This document shows positions 40,641-55,228 of a stretch of DNA of 64,000 nucleotides, piece by piece (position 1 is the stretch's first letter; every line of letters begins with the position of its first letter). The DNA is from Eledone cirrhosa (Eukaryota): the NCBI GenBank assembly GCA_964016885.1, contig OZ024741.1:255936001-256000000 (forward strand), in the 5' to 3' direction. The position numbers and the translations under genes are program-made. The notes under the pieces were generated by a model that did no database searches, was not told where the DNA came from, and saw only the letters and a program-made list of their open reading frames with translations.

Positions 40641-43031
40641 TTTACGAGTGTTTCGACTTACGAGTGTTTCGACATACGAGTGTTTCGACTTACGAATGTT
40701 TTTGCTTACGGGTGTTTCGACTTACGAATGTTTTTGCTTACGAGTGTTTCGGTTTACGAGTGTTCCGACTTACGAGTGTTCCGACTTACGAGTGTTTCGG
40801 CTTACGAGTGTTTCCAGCTTACGAGTGTTTCAACTTACGAGTGTTCTGACTTACGAGTGTTCTGACTTACGGATGTTTCGACACACGAGTGTTTCGAATT
40901 ACGAGTGTTTCGACTTACGAGTGTTTTGACTTACGGGTGTTTTGACATACGAGTGTTTCGATACGAGTGTTTCGACTTACGAGTGTTCTGACTTACGAGT
41001 GTTCTGATTTACGGATGTTTCGACATACGAGTGTTTCGACTTACGAGTGTTTCGACTTATGAGTGTTTCGACTTACGAGTGTTTCGGCTTACGAGTGTTT
41101 CGACTTACGAGTGTTTTGACTTACGGTGTTTCGGCTTACGAGTGTTTCGACTTACGAGTGTTTTGACTTACGGGTGTTTTGACATACGAGTGTTTCGATA
41201 CGAGTGTTCTGACTTACGAGTGTTCTGACTTACGAGTGTTCTGACTTACGAGTGTTCTGACTTACGAGTGTTCTGATTTACGGATGTTTCGACATACGAG
41301 TGTTTCGACTTACGAGTGTTTCGACTTATGAGTGTTTCGACTTACGAGTGTTTCGGCTTACGAGTGTTTCGACTTACGAGTGTTTTGACTTACGGTGTTT
41401 CGGCTTACGAGTGTTTCGACTTACGAGTGTTTTGACTTACGGGTGTTTTGACATACGAGTGTTTCGATACGAGTGTTCTGACTTACGAGTGTTCTGACTT
41501 ACGAGTGTTTTGACTTACGAGTGTTCTGACTTACGGGTGTTTCGACTTACGAGTATTTTTGGCTTACGAGTGTTTCGACTTACGAGTGTTTTGACTTACG
41601 AGTGTTCTGATTTACGGATGTTTCGACATACGAGTGTTTCGACTTACGAATGTTTCGACTTATGAGTGTTTCGACTTACGAGTGTTTCGGCTTACGAGTG
41701 TTTCGACTTACGAGTGTTTTGACTTACGGTGTTTCGGCTTACGAGTGTTTCGACTTACGAGTGTTTTGACTTACGGGTGTTTTGACATACGAGTGTTTCG
41801 ATACGAGTGTTCTGACTTACGAGTGTTCTGACTTACGAGTGTTTTGACTTACGAGTGTTCTGACTTACGAGTGTTCCGACTTACGAGTGTTCCGACTTAC
41901 GAGTGTTTCGGCTTACGAGTGTTTCCGGCTTACGAGTGTTTCGACTTCCGAGTGTTTTGACTTACGGTGTTTCGGCTTACGAGTGATTCGACTTACGAGT
42001 GTTTTGACTTACGGGTGATTTGACTTACGGGTGTTGTGAATTTCGAGTGTTCCGATTTACGAGTGTTTTGACTTACGGTGTTTCGGCTTACGAGTGATTC
42101 GACTTACGAATGTTTTGACTTACGGGTGTTTCGGCTTGCGAGTGTTTCGACTTACGAGTGTTTCCGCTTATGGGTGTTTCGACTTACTAATGTTTTTACT
42201 TACGAGTGTTTCGGCGTACGAGTGTTTTGACTTACGAGTGTTTCGACTTACGAGTGTTTCGACTTACGAGTGTTTCGACTTACGAGTGTTTCGGCTTACG
42301 TGAGTTTCGACTTAAGAGTGTTCTGATTTACGAGTGTTCTGACTTGCGGGTGTTCTGATTTACGAGTGTTCCGACTTACGAGTGTTTCGGCTTATTAGTG
42401 TTTCGACTTATGGGTGTTTCGACTTACGAGTGTTTTTACTTACGGTGTTTCGGCTTACGAGTGTTTCGACATACGAGTGTTTTGACTTACGGGTGTTTCG
42501 ACTTACGAGTGTTTTGACTTACGAATGTTTTGACTTACGGGTGTTTCGGCTTACGAGTGTTTCGACTTACGAGTGTTTAGGCTTACGAGTGTTTCGACTT
42601 ACTAATGTTCTTACGAGTGTTTCGGCGTACGAGAGTTTTGACTTACGAGTGTTTCGACTGACGAGTGTTTCGACTTACGAGTGTTTTGACTTACGAATGT
42701 TTTGACTTACGGGTGTTTCGGCTGACGATTGTTTCGACTTACGAGTCTTTCGGCTTACGAGTGTTTCGACTTACTAATGTTTTTACTTACGAGTGTTTCG
42801 GCGTACGAGTGTTTCGACTTACGAGTGTTTCGACTTACGGGTGTTTTGACTTACGGGTGTTTCGGCTTACGAGTGTTTTGACTTACGAGTGTTTTGACTT
42901 AAGGGTGTTTCGACTTACGAGTATTTTTGGCTTACGAGTGTTTCGACTTACGAGTGTTTTGACTTACGAGTGTTCTGATTTACGGATGTTTCGACATACG
43001 AGTGTTTCGACTTACAAATGTTTCGACTTAT

Positions 43032-43460
43032 GAGTGTTCCGACTTACGGGTGTTTCGACTTACGAATGTTTTGGCTTACGGTGTTTCGGCTTACGAGTGT
43101 TTCGAGTTACGAGTGTTTTGACTTACGAGTGTTTTGACTTACGGTGTTTCGGCTTACGAGTGTTTCGACTGACGAATGTTTTGGCTTACGAGTGTTTCGG
43201 CTTATGAGTGTTTCGGCTTACGAGTGTTTCGACTTACGAATGTTTCGACTTACGAGTGTTCCGACTTACGGGTGTTTCGACTTACGAATGTTTTGGCTTA
43301 CGGTGTTTCGGCTTACGAGTGTTTCGAGTTACGAGTGTTTTGACTTACGAGTGTTTTGACTTACGGTGTTTCGGCTTACGAGTGTTTCGACTGACGAATG
43401 TTTTGGCTTACGAGTGTTTCGGCTTATGAGTGTTTCGGCTTACGAGTGTTTCGACTTACG
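43032..43460 (+). repeat. Tandem duplication, period 222 bp
   Basis: 43144/43366 offset; rare monomer GACTGACGAATG occurs in both copies. Confidence 0.8.
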
Positions 43461-44296
43461 AGGGTTTCGGCTTACGAGTGTTTCAGTGTTTCGGCTTACG
43501 TGTGTTTCGACTTACGAGTGTTTCGACTTACGACTGTTTCGGCTTACGAGTGTTTCGGCTTACGAGTGTTTCGGCTTACGAGTGTTTTGAATTACGATTG
43601 TTTGGCTTACGAGTGTTCTGACTTACGGGTGTTCTGACTTACGAGGGTTCCGACTTACGAGTGTTTCGGCTTATGAGGGTTTCGACTTACGAGTGCTTCG
43701 GCTTACGTGTGTTTCGGCTTACGAGTGTTTCGACTTACGAGTGTTTTGACTTACGGTGTTTCGGCTTACGAGTGTTTCGACATACGAGTGTTTTGACGTA
43801 CGGGTGTTTCGACTTACGGGTCTTTCGACTTAAGAGTGTTTCGACTTACGAGCGCTTCGACTTACGAGTGTTTCGACTTACGAGTGTTTCGGCGTATGAG
43901 TGTTTTGACTTACGAGTGTTTCGACTTACGAGTGTTTCGACTTACGAGTGTTTCGAATTACGAGTGTTTCGACTTACGAGTGTTTTGACTTACGAGTGTT
44001 TTGACTTACGGTGTTTCTGCTTACGAGTGTTTCGACTTACGAGTGTTATGACTTACGGGTGTTTTGACATACGAGTGTTTCGACTTACGAGTGTTTTGAC
44101 TTACGGGTGTTTTGACATACGAGTGTTTCGATAGGAGTGTTCTGACTTACGAGTGTTCTGACTTACGAGTGTTCTGACTTACGAGTGTTCTGACTTACGA
44201 GTGTTCTGACTTACGAGTGTTCTGACTTACGAGTGTTCCGACTTTACGAGTGTTTCGGCTCACGAGTGTTTCGGCTTACGAGTGTTTCGACTTACG

Positions 44297-44373
44297 AAAA
44301 TAACAAATAGACGCGGTTTCAAATCTCTATGCTTTTCAAATTCATTACATTAATCTTTATTTATACGTTTCGC
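44297..44373. repeat. 77-bp AT-rich interspersed element, copy 13
   Basis: Matches consensus; internal ATG at 44329. Confidence 0.95.
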
Positions 44374-47300
44374 TTTACGAGTGTTTCGACTTACGAGTGT
44401 TTCGACATACGAGTGTTTCGGCTTACGAGTGTTTTGATTTACAAGTGTTTTGACTTACGGGTGCTTCGACTTACGCGTGTTTCGACTTACGAGTGTTTCG
44501 ACTTACGAGTGTTTCGGCTTATGAGTGTTTTGACTTACGAATGTTTTGACTTACGATTGTTTCGGCTTACGAGTGTTTCGACTTACGAGTGTTCTGACTA
44601 CGAGTGTTCTGACTTACGGGTGTTCTGACTTACGAGTGTTCTGACTTACGAGTGTTTCGGCTTATGAGTGTTTCGACTTACGAGTGCTTCGACTTACGAG
44701 TGTTTCGGCTTACGGGTGTTTCGACTTACGAATGTTTTTGCTTACGAGTGTTTCGGCTTACGAGTGTTTCGGCTTATGAGTGTTTCGACTTACGAGTGTT
44801 TTGACTTACGGGTGTTTTGACATACGAGTGTTTCGATACGATTGTTCTGACTTACGAGTGTTTCCGCTTACGAGTGTTTCGGCTTACGAGTGTTTCGACT
44901 TACTAATGTTTTTACTTACGAATGTTTCGGTGTACGAGTGTTTCGACTTACGAGTGTTTCGACTTACGAGTGTTTCGACTTACGAGTGTTTCGACTTACG
45001 AGTGTTTTGGCTTACGAATGTTTTGACTTACGGGTGTTTCGACTTACGAGTGTTTCGACTTATGAGTGTTTCGACTTACGAGTGTTTCGGCTTATGAGTG
45101 TTTCGACTTACGAGTGCTTCGGCTTACGAGTGTTTCGAGTTACGAGTATTTCGGCTTACGAGTGTTTCGACGTACGAATGTTTTGGCTTACGAGTGTTTC
45201 GGCTTATGAGTGTTTCGGCTTACGAGTGTTTCGACTTACGAGTGTTTCGGCTTACGAGTGTTTCAGTGTTTCGGCTTACGTGTGTTTCGACTTACGAGTG
45301 TTTCGACTTACGACTGTTTCGGCTTACGAGTGTTTCGGCTTACGAGTGTTTCGGCTTACGAGTGTTTTGACTTACGATTGTTTGGCTTACGAGTGTTCTG
45401 ACTTACGGGTGTTCTGACTTACGAGTGTTCCGACTTACGAGTGTTTCGGCTTATGAGGGTTTCGACTTACGAGTGCTTCGGCTTACGAGTGTTTCGACTT
45501 ACGAGTGTTTCGGCTTACGAGTGTTTCGACTTACGAGTGTTTTGACTTACGGTGTTTCGGCTTACGAGTGTTTCGACATACGAGTGTTTTGACGTACGGG
45601 TGTTTCGACTTACGGGTCTTTCGACTTAAGAGTTTTTCGACTTACGAGCGCTTCGACTTACGAGTGTTTCGACTTACGAGTGTTTCGGCATATGAGTGTT
45701 TTGACTTACGAGTGTTTCGACTTACGAGTGTTTCGACTTACGAGTGTTTCGAATTACGAGTCTTTCGACTTACGAGTGTTTTGACTTACGAGTGTTTTGA
45801 CTTACGGTGTTTCTGCTTACGAGTGTTTCGACTTTCGAGTGTTATGACTTACGGGTGTTTTGACATACGAGTGTTTCGACTTACGAGTCTTACGGCTTAC
45901 GAGTGTTTCGACTTACTAATGTTTTTACTTACGAGTGTTTCGGCGTACGAGTGTTTCGACTTCCGAGTGTTTCGACTTACAGGTGTTTTGACTTACGGGT
46001 GTTTCGGCTTACGAGTGTTTTGACTTAAGGGTGTTTCGACTTACGAGTATTTTTGGCTTACGAGTGTTTCGACTTACGAGTGTTTTGACTTACGAGTGTT
46101 CTGATTTACGGATGTTTCGACATGCGAGTGTTCTGACTTACGAGTGTTTCGGCTTACTAGTGTTTCCGGCTTACGAGTGTTTCGACTTACGAGTGTTTTG
46201 ACTTACGGTGTTTCGGCTTACGAGTGATTCGACTTACGAGTGTTTTGACTTACGAGTGTTTCGACTTACGAGTGTTTTGACTTACGAATGTTTTGACTTA
46301 CGGGTGTTTCGTCTTACGAGTGTTTCGACTTACGAGTGTTTCGGCTTGCGAGTGTTTCGACTTACTAATGTTTTCACTTACGAGTGTTTAGGCGTACGAG
46401 TGTTTCGACTTACGAGTGTTTCGACTTACGGGTGTTTTGACTTACGGGTGTTTCGGCTTACCAGTGTTTCGACTTACGAGTGATTTGACTTAAGGGTGTT
46501 TCGACATACGAGTGTTTCGACTTACGAGTGTTTCGACTTACGCGTGTTTCGGATTACGAGTGTTTTGACTTCAGGGTGTTTAGACTTACGAGTGTTTCGA
46601 TACGAGTGTTTCGACTTACGAGTGTTCTGACTTACGAGTATTCTGATTTACGGATGTTTCGACACACGAGTGTTTCGAATTACGAGTGTTTCGACTTACG
46701 AGTGTTTTGACTTACGGGTGTTTTGACATACGAGTGTTCTGACTTACGAGTGTTCTGACTTACGAGTGTTCTGATTTACGGATGTTTCGACACACGAGTG
46801 TTTCGATACGAGTGTTTCGACTTACGAGTGTTTCGACTTATGAGTGTTTCGACTTACGAGTGTTCTGACTTACGAGTGTTCTGACTTACGAGTGTTCCGA
46901 CTTACGAGTGTTTCGGTTTACGAGTGTTTCGACATACGAGTGTTTTGACTTACGGGTGTTTCGACTTACGGGTGTTTCGACTTACGAGTGTTTTGGCTTA
47001 CGAGTGTTTCGACTTACTAATGTTTTTACTTACGAGTGTTTCGGTGTACGAATGTTTTGACTTAAGGATGTTTCGACTTACGAGTGTTTCGACTTACGAG
47101 TGTTTCGGCTTACGTGAGTTTCGACTTAAGATTGTTCTGATTTACGAGTGTTCTGACTTACGAGTGTTTCGGCTTATGAGTGTTTCGACTTACGAGTGTT
47201 TCGGCTTACGAGTGTTTCGACTTATGGGTGTTTCGACTTACGAGTGTTTTTACTTACGGTGTTTCGGCTTACGAGTGTTTCGACATACGAGTGTTTTGAC

Positions 47301-50300
47301 TTACGGGTGTTTCGGCTTACGAGTGTTTCGACTTACGAGTGTTTTGACTTACGGGTGTTTCGACTTACGAGTATTTTTGGCTTACGAGTGTTTCGACTTA
47401 CGAGTGTTTTGACTTACGAGTGTTCTGATTTACGGATGTTTCGACATACGAGTGTTTCGACTTACGAGTGTTTCGACTTATGAGTGTTTCGACTTACGAG
47501 TGTTTCGGCTTACGAGTGTTTCGACTTACGAGTGTTTTGACTTACGAGTGTTTTGACTTACGAGTGTTCTGACTTACGAGTGTTCCGACTTACGAGTGTT
47601 CCGACTTACGAGTGTTTCGGCTTACGAGTGTTTACGGCTTACGAGTGTTTCGACTTCCGAGTGTTTTGACTTACGGTGTTTCGGCTTACGAGTGATTCGA
47701 CTTACGAGTGTTTTGACTTACGGGTGATTTGACTTACGGGTGTTGTGAATTACGAGTGTTCCGATTTACTAGTGTTTTGACTTACGGTGTTTCGGCTTAC
47801 GAGTGATTCGACTTACGAATGTTTTGACTTACGGCTGTTTCGGCTTGCGAGTGTTTCGACTTACGAGTGTTTCGGCTTATGGGTGTTTCGACTTACTAAT
47901 GTTTTTACTTACGAGTGTTTCGGCGTACGAGTGTTTTGACTTACGAGTGTTTCGACTTACGAGTGTTTCGACTTACGAGTCTTTCGGCTTACGTGAGTTT
48001 CGACTTAAGAGTGTTCTGATTTACGAGTGTTCTGACTTGCGGGTGTTCTGATTTACGAGTGTTCCGACTTACGAGTGTTTCGGCTTATTAGTGTTTCGAC
48101 TTACGAGTGTTTCGGCTTACGAGTGTTTCGACTTATGGGTGTTTCGACTTACGAGTGTTTTTACTTACGGTGTTTCGGCTTACGAGTGTTTTGACTTACG
48201 AATGTTTTGACTTACGGGTGTTTCGGCTTACGAGTGTTTTGACTTACGAGTGTTTCGGCTTACGAGTGTTTCGACTTACTAATGTTCTTACTTACGAGTG
48301 TTTCGGCGTACGAGAGTTTTGACTTACGAGTGTTTCGACTTACGAGTGTTTCGACTTACGAGTGTTTTAACTTACGAATGTTTTGACTTACGGGTGTTTC
48401 GGCTTACGAGTGTTTCGACTTACGAGTCTTTCGGCTTACGAGTGTTTCGACTTACTAATGTTTTTACTTACGAGTGTTTCGGCGTACGAGTGTTTCGACT
48501 TACGAGTGTTTCGACTTACGGGTGTTTTGACTTACGGGTGTTTCGGCTTACGAGTGTTTTGACTTACGAGTGTTTTGACTTAAGGGTGTTTCGACTTACG
48601 AGTATTTTTGGCTTACGAGTGTTTCGACTTACGAGTGTTTTGACTTACGAGTGTTCTGATTTACGGATGTTTCGACATACGAGTGTTTCGACTTACGAGT
48701 GTTTCGACATACGAGTGTTTCGGCTTACGAGTGTTTTGATTTACAAGTGTTTTGACTTACGGGTGCTTCGACTTACGCGTGTTTCGACTTACGAGTGTTT
48801 CGACTTACGAGTGTTTCGGCTTATGAGTGTTTTGACTTACGAATGTTTTGACTTACGATTGTTTCGGCTTACGAGTGTTTCGACTTACGAGTGTTCTGAC
48901 TACGAGTGTTCTGACTTACGGGTGTTCTGACTTACGAGTGTTCTGACTTACGAGTGTTTCGGCTTATGAGTGTTTCGACTTACGAGTGCTTCGACTTACG
49001 AGTGTTTCGGCTTACGGGTGTTTCGACTTACGAATGTTTTTGCTTACGAGTGTTTCGGCTTACGAGTGTTTCGGCTTATGAGTGTTACGACTTACGAGTG
49101 TTTTGACTTACGGGTGTTTTGACATACGAGTGTTTTGATACGATTGTTCTGACTTACGAGTGTTTCCGCTTACGAGTGTTTCGGCTTACGAGTGTTTCGA
49201 CTTACTAATGTTTTTACTTACGAGTGTTTCGGTGTACGAGTGTTTCGACTTACGAGTGTTTCGACTTACGAGTGTTTCGACTTACGAGTGTTTCGACTTA
49301 CGAGTGTTTTGGCTTACGAATGTTTTGACTTACGGGTGTTTCGACTTACGAGTGTTTCGACTTATGAGTGTTTCGACTTACGAGTGTTTCGGCTTATGAG
49401 TGTTTCGACTTACGAGTGCTTCGGCTTACGAGTGTTTCGACTTACGAGTATTTCGGCTTACGAGTGTTTCGACGTACGAATGTTTTGGCTTACGAGTGTT
49501 TTGGCTTATGAGTGTTTCGGCTTACGAGTGTTTCGACTTACGAGTGTTTCGGCTTACGAGTGTTTCAGTGTTTCGGCTTACGTGTGTTTCGACTTACGAG
49601 TGTTTCGACTTACGACTGTTTCGGCTTACGAGTGTTTCGGCTTACGAGTGTTTCGGCTTACGAGTGTTTTGACTTACGATTGTTTGGCTTACGAGTGTTC
49701 TGACTTACGGGTGTTCTGACTTACGAGTGTTCCCACTTACGAGTGTTTCGGCTTATGAGGGTTTCGACTTACGAGTGCTTCGGCTTACGAGTGTTTCGAC
49801 TTACGAGTGTTTCGGCTTACGAGTGTTTCGACTTACGAGTGTTTTGACTTACGGTGTTTCGGCTTACGAGTGTTTCGACATACGAGTGTTTTGACGTACG
49901 GGTGTTTCGACTTAAGAGTTTTTCGACTTACGAGCGCTTCGACTTACGAGTGTTTCGACTTACGAGTGTTTCGGCATATGAGTGTTTTGACTTACGAGTG
50001 TTTCGACTTACGAGTGTTTCGACTTACGAGTGTTTCGAATTACGAGTCTTTCGACTTACGAGTGTTTTGACTTACGAGTGTTTTGACTTACGGTGTTTCT
50101 GCTTACGAGTGTTTCGACTTTCGAGTGTTATGACTTACGGGTGTTTTGACATACGAGTGTTTCGACTTACGAGTCTTACGGCTTACGAGTGTTTCGACTT
50201 ACTAATGTTTTTACTTACGAGTGTTTCGGCGTACGAGTGTTTCGACTTCCGAGTGTTTCGACTTACAGGTGTTTTGACTTACGGGTGTTTCGGCTTACGA

Positions 50301-53300
50301 GTGTTTTGACTTACGAGTGTTTTGACTTAAGGGTGTTTCGACTTACGAGTATTTTTGGCTTACGAGTGTTTCGACTTACGAGTGTTTTGACTTACGAGTG
50401 TTCTGATTTACGGATGTTTCGACATACGAGTGTTCTGACTTACGAGTGTTCCGACTTACGAGTGTTCCGACTTACGAGTGTTTCGGCTTACGAGTGTTTC
50501 CGGCTTACGAGTGTTTCGACTTACGAGTGTTTTGACTTACGGTGTTTCGGCTTACGGGTGATTCGACTTACGAGTGTTTTGACTTACGAGTGTTTCGACT
50601 TACGAGTGTTTTGACTTACGAATGTTTTGACTTACGGGTGTTTCGGCTTACGAGTGTTTCGACTTACGAGTGTTTCGGCTTGCGAGTGTTTCGACTTACT
50701 AATGTTTTTACTTACGAGTGTTTAGGCGTACGAGTGTTTCGAATTACGAGTGTTTCGACTTACGAGTGTTTTGACTTACGGGTGTTTTGACATACGAGTG
50801 TTCTGACTTACGAGTGTTCTGACTTACGAGTGTTCTGATTTACGGATGTTTCGACACACGAGTGTTTCGATACGAGTGTTTCGACTTACGAGTGTTTCGA
50901 CTTATGAGTGTTTCGACTTACGAGTGTTCTGACTTACGAGTGTTCTGACTTACGAGTGTTCCGACTTACGAGTGTTTCGGTTTACGAGTGTTTCGACATA
51001 CGAGTGTTTTGACTTACGGGTGTTTCGACTTACGGGTGTTTCGACTTACGAGTGTTTTGGCTTACGAGTGTTTCGACTTACTAATGTTTTTACTTACGAG
51101 TGTTTCGGTGTACGAATGTTTTGACTTAAGGATGTTTCGACTAACGAGTGTTTCGACTTACGAGTGTTTCGGCTTACGTGAGTTTCGACTTAAGATTGTT
51201 CTGATTTACGAGTGTTCTGACTTACGAGTGTTTCGGCTTATGAGTGTTTCGACTTACGAGTGTTTCGGCTTACGAGTGTTTCGACTGATGGGTGTTTCGA
51301 CTTACGAGTGTTTTTACTTACGGTGTTTCGGCTTACGAGTGTTTCGACATACGAGTGTTTTGACTTACGGGTGTTTCGGCTTACGAGTGTTTCGACTTAC
51401 GAGTGTTTTGACTTACGGGTGTTTCGACTTACGAGTATTTTTGGCTTACGAGTGTTTCGACTTACGAGTGTTTTGACTTACGAGTGTTCTGATTTACGGA
51501 TGTTTCGACATACGAGTGTTTCGACTTACGAGTGTTTCGACTTATGAGTGTTTCGACTTACGAGTGTTTCGGCTTACGAGTGTTTCGACTTACGAGTGTT
51601 TTGACTTACGGTGTTTCGGCTTACGAGTGTTTCGACTTACGAGTGTTTTGACTTACGGGTGTTTTGACATACGAGTGTTTCGATACGAGTGTTCTGACTT
51701 ACGAGTGTTCTGACTTACGAGTGTTTTGACTTACGAGTGTTCTGACTTACGAGTGTTCCGACTTACGAGTGTTCCGACTTACGAGTGTTTCGGCTTACGA
51801 GTGTTTACGGCTTACGAGTGTTTCGACTTCCGAGTGTTTTGACTTACGGTGTTTCGGCTTACGAGTGATTCGACTTACGAGTGTTTTGACTTACGGGTGA
51901 TTTGACTTACGGGTGTTATGAATTACGAGTGTTCCGATTTACTAGTGTTTTGACTTACGGTGTTTCGGCTTACGAGTGATTCGACTTACGAATGTTTTGA
52001 CTTACGGCTGTTTCGGCTTGCGAGTGTTTCGACTTACGAGTGTTTCGGCTTATGGGTGTTTCGACTTACTAATGTTTTTACTTACGAGTGTTTCGGCGTA
52101 CGAGTGTTTTGACTTACGAGTGTTTCGACTTACGAGTGTTTCGACTTACGAGTCTTTCGGCTTACGTGAGTTTCGACTTAAGAGTGTTCTGATTTACGAG
52201 TGTTCTGACTTGCGGGTGTTCTGATTTACGAGTGTTCCGACTTACGAGTGTTTCGGCTTATTAGTGTTTCGACTTACGAGTGTTTCGGCTTACGAGTGTT
52301 TCGACTTATGGGTGTTTCGACTTACGAGTGTTTTTACTTACGGTGTTTCGGCTTACGAGTGTTTTGACTTACGAATGTTTTGACTTACGGGTTTTTCGGC
52401 TTACGAGTGTTTCGACTTACGAGTGTTTCGGCTTACGAGTGTTTCGACTTACTAATGTTCTTACTTACGAGTGTTTCGGCGTACGAGAGTTTTGACTTAC
52501 GAGTGTTTCGACTTACGAGTGTTTCGACTTACGAGTGTTTTAACTTACGAATGTTTTGACTTACGGGTGTTTCGGCTTACGAGTGTTTCGACTTACGAGT
52601 CTTTCGGCTTACGAGTGTTTCGACTTACTAATGTTTTTACTTACGAGTGTTTCGGCGTACGAGTGTTTCGACTTACGAGTGTTTCGACTTACGGGTGTTT
52701 TGACTTACGGGTGTTTCGGCTTACGAGTGTTTTGACTTACGAGTGTTTTGACTTAAGGGTGTTTCGACTTACGAGTATTTTTGGCTTACGAGTGTTTCGA
52801 CTTACGAGTGTTTTGACTTACGAGTGTTCTGATTTACGGATGGTTCGACATACGAGTGTTTCGACTTACGAGTGTTTCGACTTATGACTGTTTCGACTTA
52901 CGAGTGTTTCGGCTTATGAGTGTTTCGACTTACGAGTGCTTCGGCTTACGAGTGTTTCGACTTACGAGTATTTCGGCTTTCGAGTGTTTCGACGTAAGAA
53001 TGTTTTGGCTTACGAGTGTTTCGGCTTATGAGTGTTTCGGCCTACGAGTGTTTCGACTTACGAGTGTTTCGGCTTACGAGTGTTTCAGTGTTTCGGCTTA
53101 CGTGTGTTTCGACTTACGAGTGTTTCGACTTACGGGTGTTTTGACTTACGGGTGTTTCGGCTTACGAGTGTTTTGACTTACGAGTGTTTTGACTTAAGGT
53201 TGTTTCGACTGACGAGTATTTTTGGCTTACGAGTGTTTCCACTTACGAGTGTTTTGACTTACGAGTGTTCTGATTTACGGATGTTTCGACATACGAGTGT

Positions 53301-55151
53301 TTCGACTTACGAGTGTTTCGACTTATGAGTGTTTCGACTTACGAGTGTTTCGGCTTATGAGTGTTTCGACTTACGAGTGCTTCGGCTTACGAGTGTTTCG
53401 ACTTACGAGTATTTCGGCTTACGAGTGTTTCGACGTACGAGTGTTTCGGCTTACGAGTGTTTCAGTGTTTCGGCTTACGTGTGTTTCGACTTACGATTGT
53501 TTCGACTTACGACTGTTTCGGCTTACGAGTGTTTCGGCTTGCGAGTGTTTCGGCTTACGAGTGTTTTGACTTACGAGTGTTTTGACTTACGATTGTTTGG
53601 CTTACGAGTGTTCTGACTTACGGGTGTTCTGACTTTCGAATGTTCCGACTTACGAGTGTTTCGGCTTATGAGGGTTTCGACTTACGAGTGCTTCGGCTTA
53701 CGAGTGTTTCGACTTACGAGTGTTTCGGCTTACGAGTGTTTCGACTTACGAGTGTTTCGACTTACGAGTGTTTTGACTTACGGTGTTTCGGCTTACGAGT
53801 GTTTCGACATACGAGTGTTTTGACGTACGGGTGTTTCGACTTACGGGTCTTTCGACTTAAGAGTGTTTCTACTACCGAGCGCTTCGACTTACGAGTGTTT
53901 CGACTTACGAGTGTTTCGGCGTATGAGTGTTTTGACTTACGAGTGTTTCGACTTACGAGTGTTTCGAATTACGAGTGTTTCGACTTACGAGTGTTTTGAC
54001 TTACGAGTGTTTTGACTTCGGTGTTTCTGCTTACGAGTGTTTCGACTTACGAGTGTTATGACTTACGGGTGTTTTCACATACGAGTGTTTCGACTTACGA
54101 GTGTTTTGACTTACGGGTGTTTTGACATACGAGTGTTTCGATACGAGTGTTCTGACTTACGAGTGTTCTGACTTACGAGTGTTCTGACTTACGAGTGTTT
54201 CGACATACGAGTGTTTTGACTTACGGGTGTTTCGACTTACGAGTGTTTTCACTTACGAATGTTTTGACTTACGGGTGTTTCGGCTTACGAGTGTTTCGAC
54301 TTACGAGTGTTTCGGCTTACGAGTGTTTCGACTTACTAATATTTTTACTTACGAGTGTTTCGGCGTACGAGAGTTTTGACTTACGCGTGTTTCGACTTAC
54401 GAGTGTTTCGACTTACGAGTATTTTGACTTACGAATGTTTTGACTTACGGGTGTTTCGGCTTACGAGTGTTTCGACTTACGAGTCTTTCGGCTTACGAGT
54501 GTTTCGACTTACTAATGTTTTTACTTACGAGTGTTTCGGCGTACGAGTGTTTCGACTTCCGAGTGTTTCGACTTACGGGTGTTTTGACTGACGGGTGTAT
54601 CGGCTTACGAGTGTTTTGACTTACGAGTGTTTTGACTTAAGGGTGTTTCGACTTACGAGTATTTTTGGCTTACGAGTGTTTCGACTTACGAGTGTTTTGA
54701 CTTACGAGTGTTCTGATTTACGGATGTTTCGACATACGAGTGTTTCGACTTACGAGTGTTTCGACTTATGAGTGTTTCGACTTACGAGTGTTTCGACTTA
54801 CGAGTGTTTCGGCTTGTGATTGTTTCGACTTACGAGTGTTTTGACTTACGGTGTTTCAGCTTACGAGTGTTTCGACTTACGAGTGTTTTGACTTACGGGT
54901 GTTTTGACATACGAGTGTTTCGATACGAGTGTTTCGACTTACGAGTGTTTTGGCTTACGGTGTTTCGACTTACGAGTGTTTCGAGTTAAGAGTGTTTTGA
55001 CTTACGAGTGTTCTGATTTACGAGTGTTCTGACTTACGAGTGTTCTGACTTACGAGTGTTCTGACTTACGAGTGTTCTGACTTACGAGTGTTCCGACTTT
55101 ACGAGTGTTTCGGCTCACGAGTGTTTCGGCTTACGAGTGTTTCGACTTACG

Positions 55152-55228
55152 AAAATAACAAATAGACGCGGTTTCAAATCTCTATGCTTTTCAAATTCAT
55201 TACATTAATCTTTATTTATACGTTTCGC
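55152..55228. repeat. 77-bp AT-rich interspersed element, copy 14
   Basis: Matches consensus; internal ATG at 55184. Confidence 0.95.
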
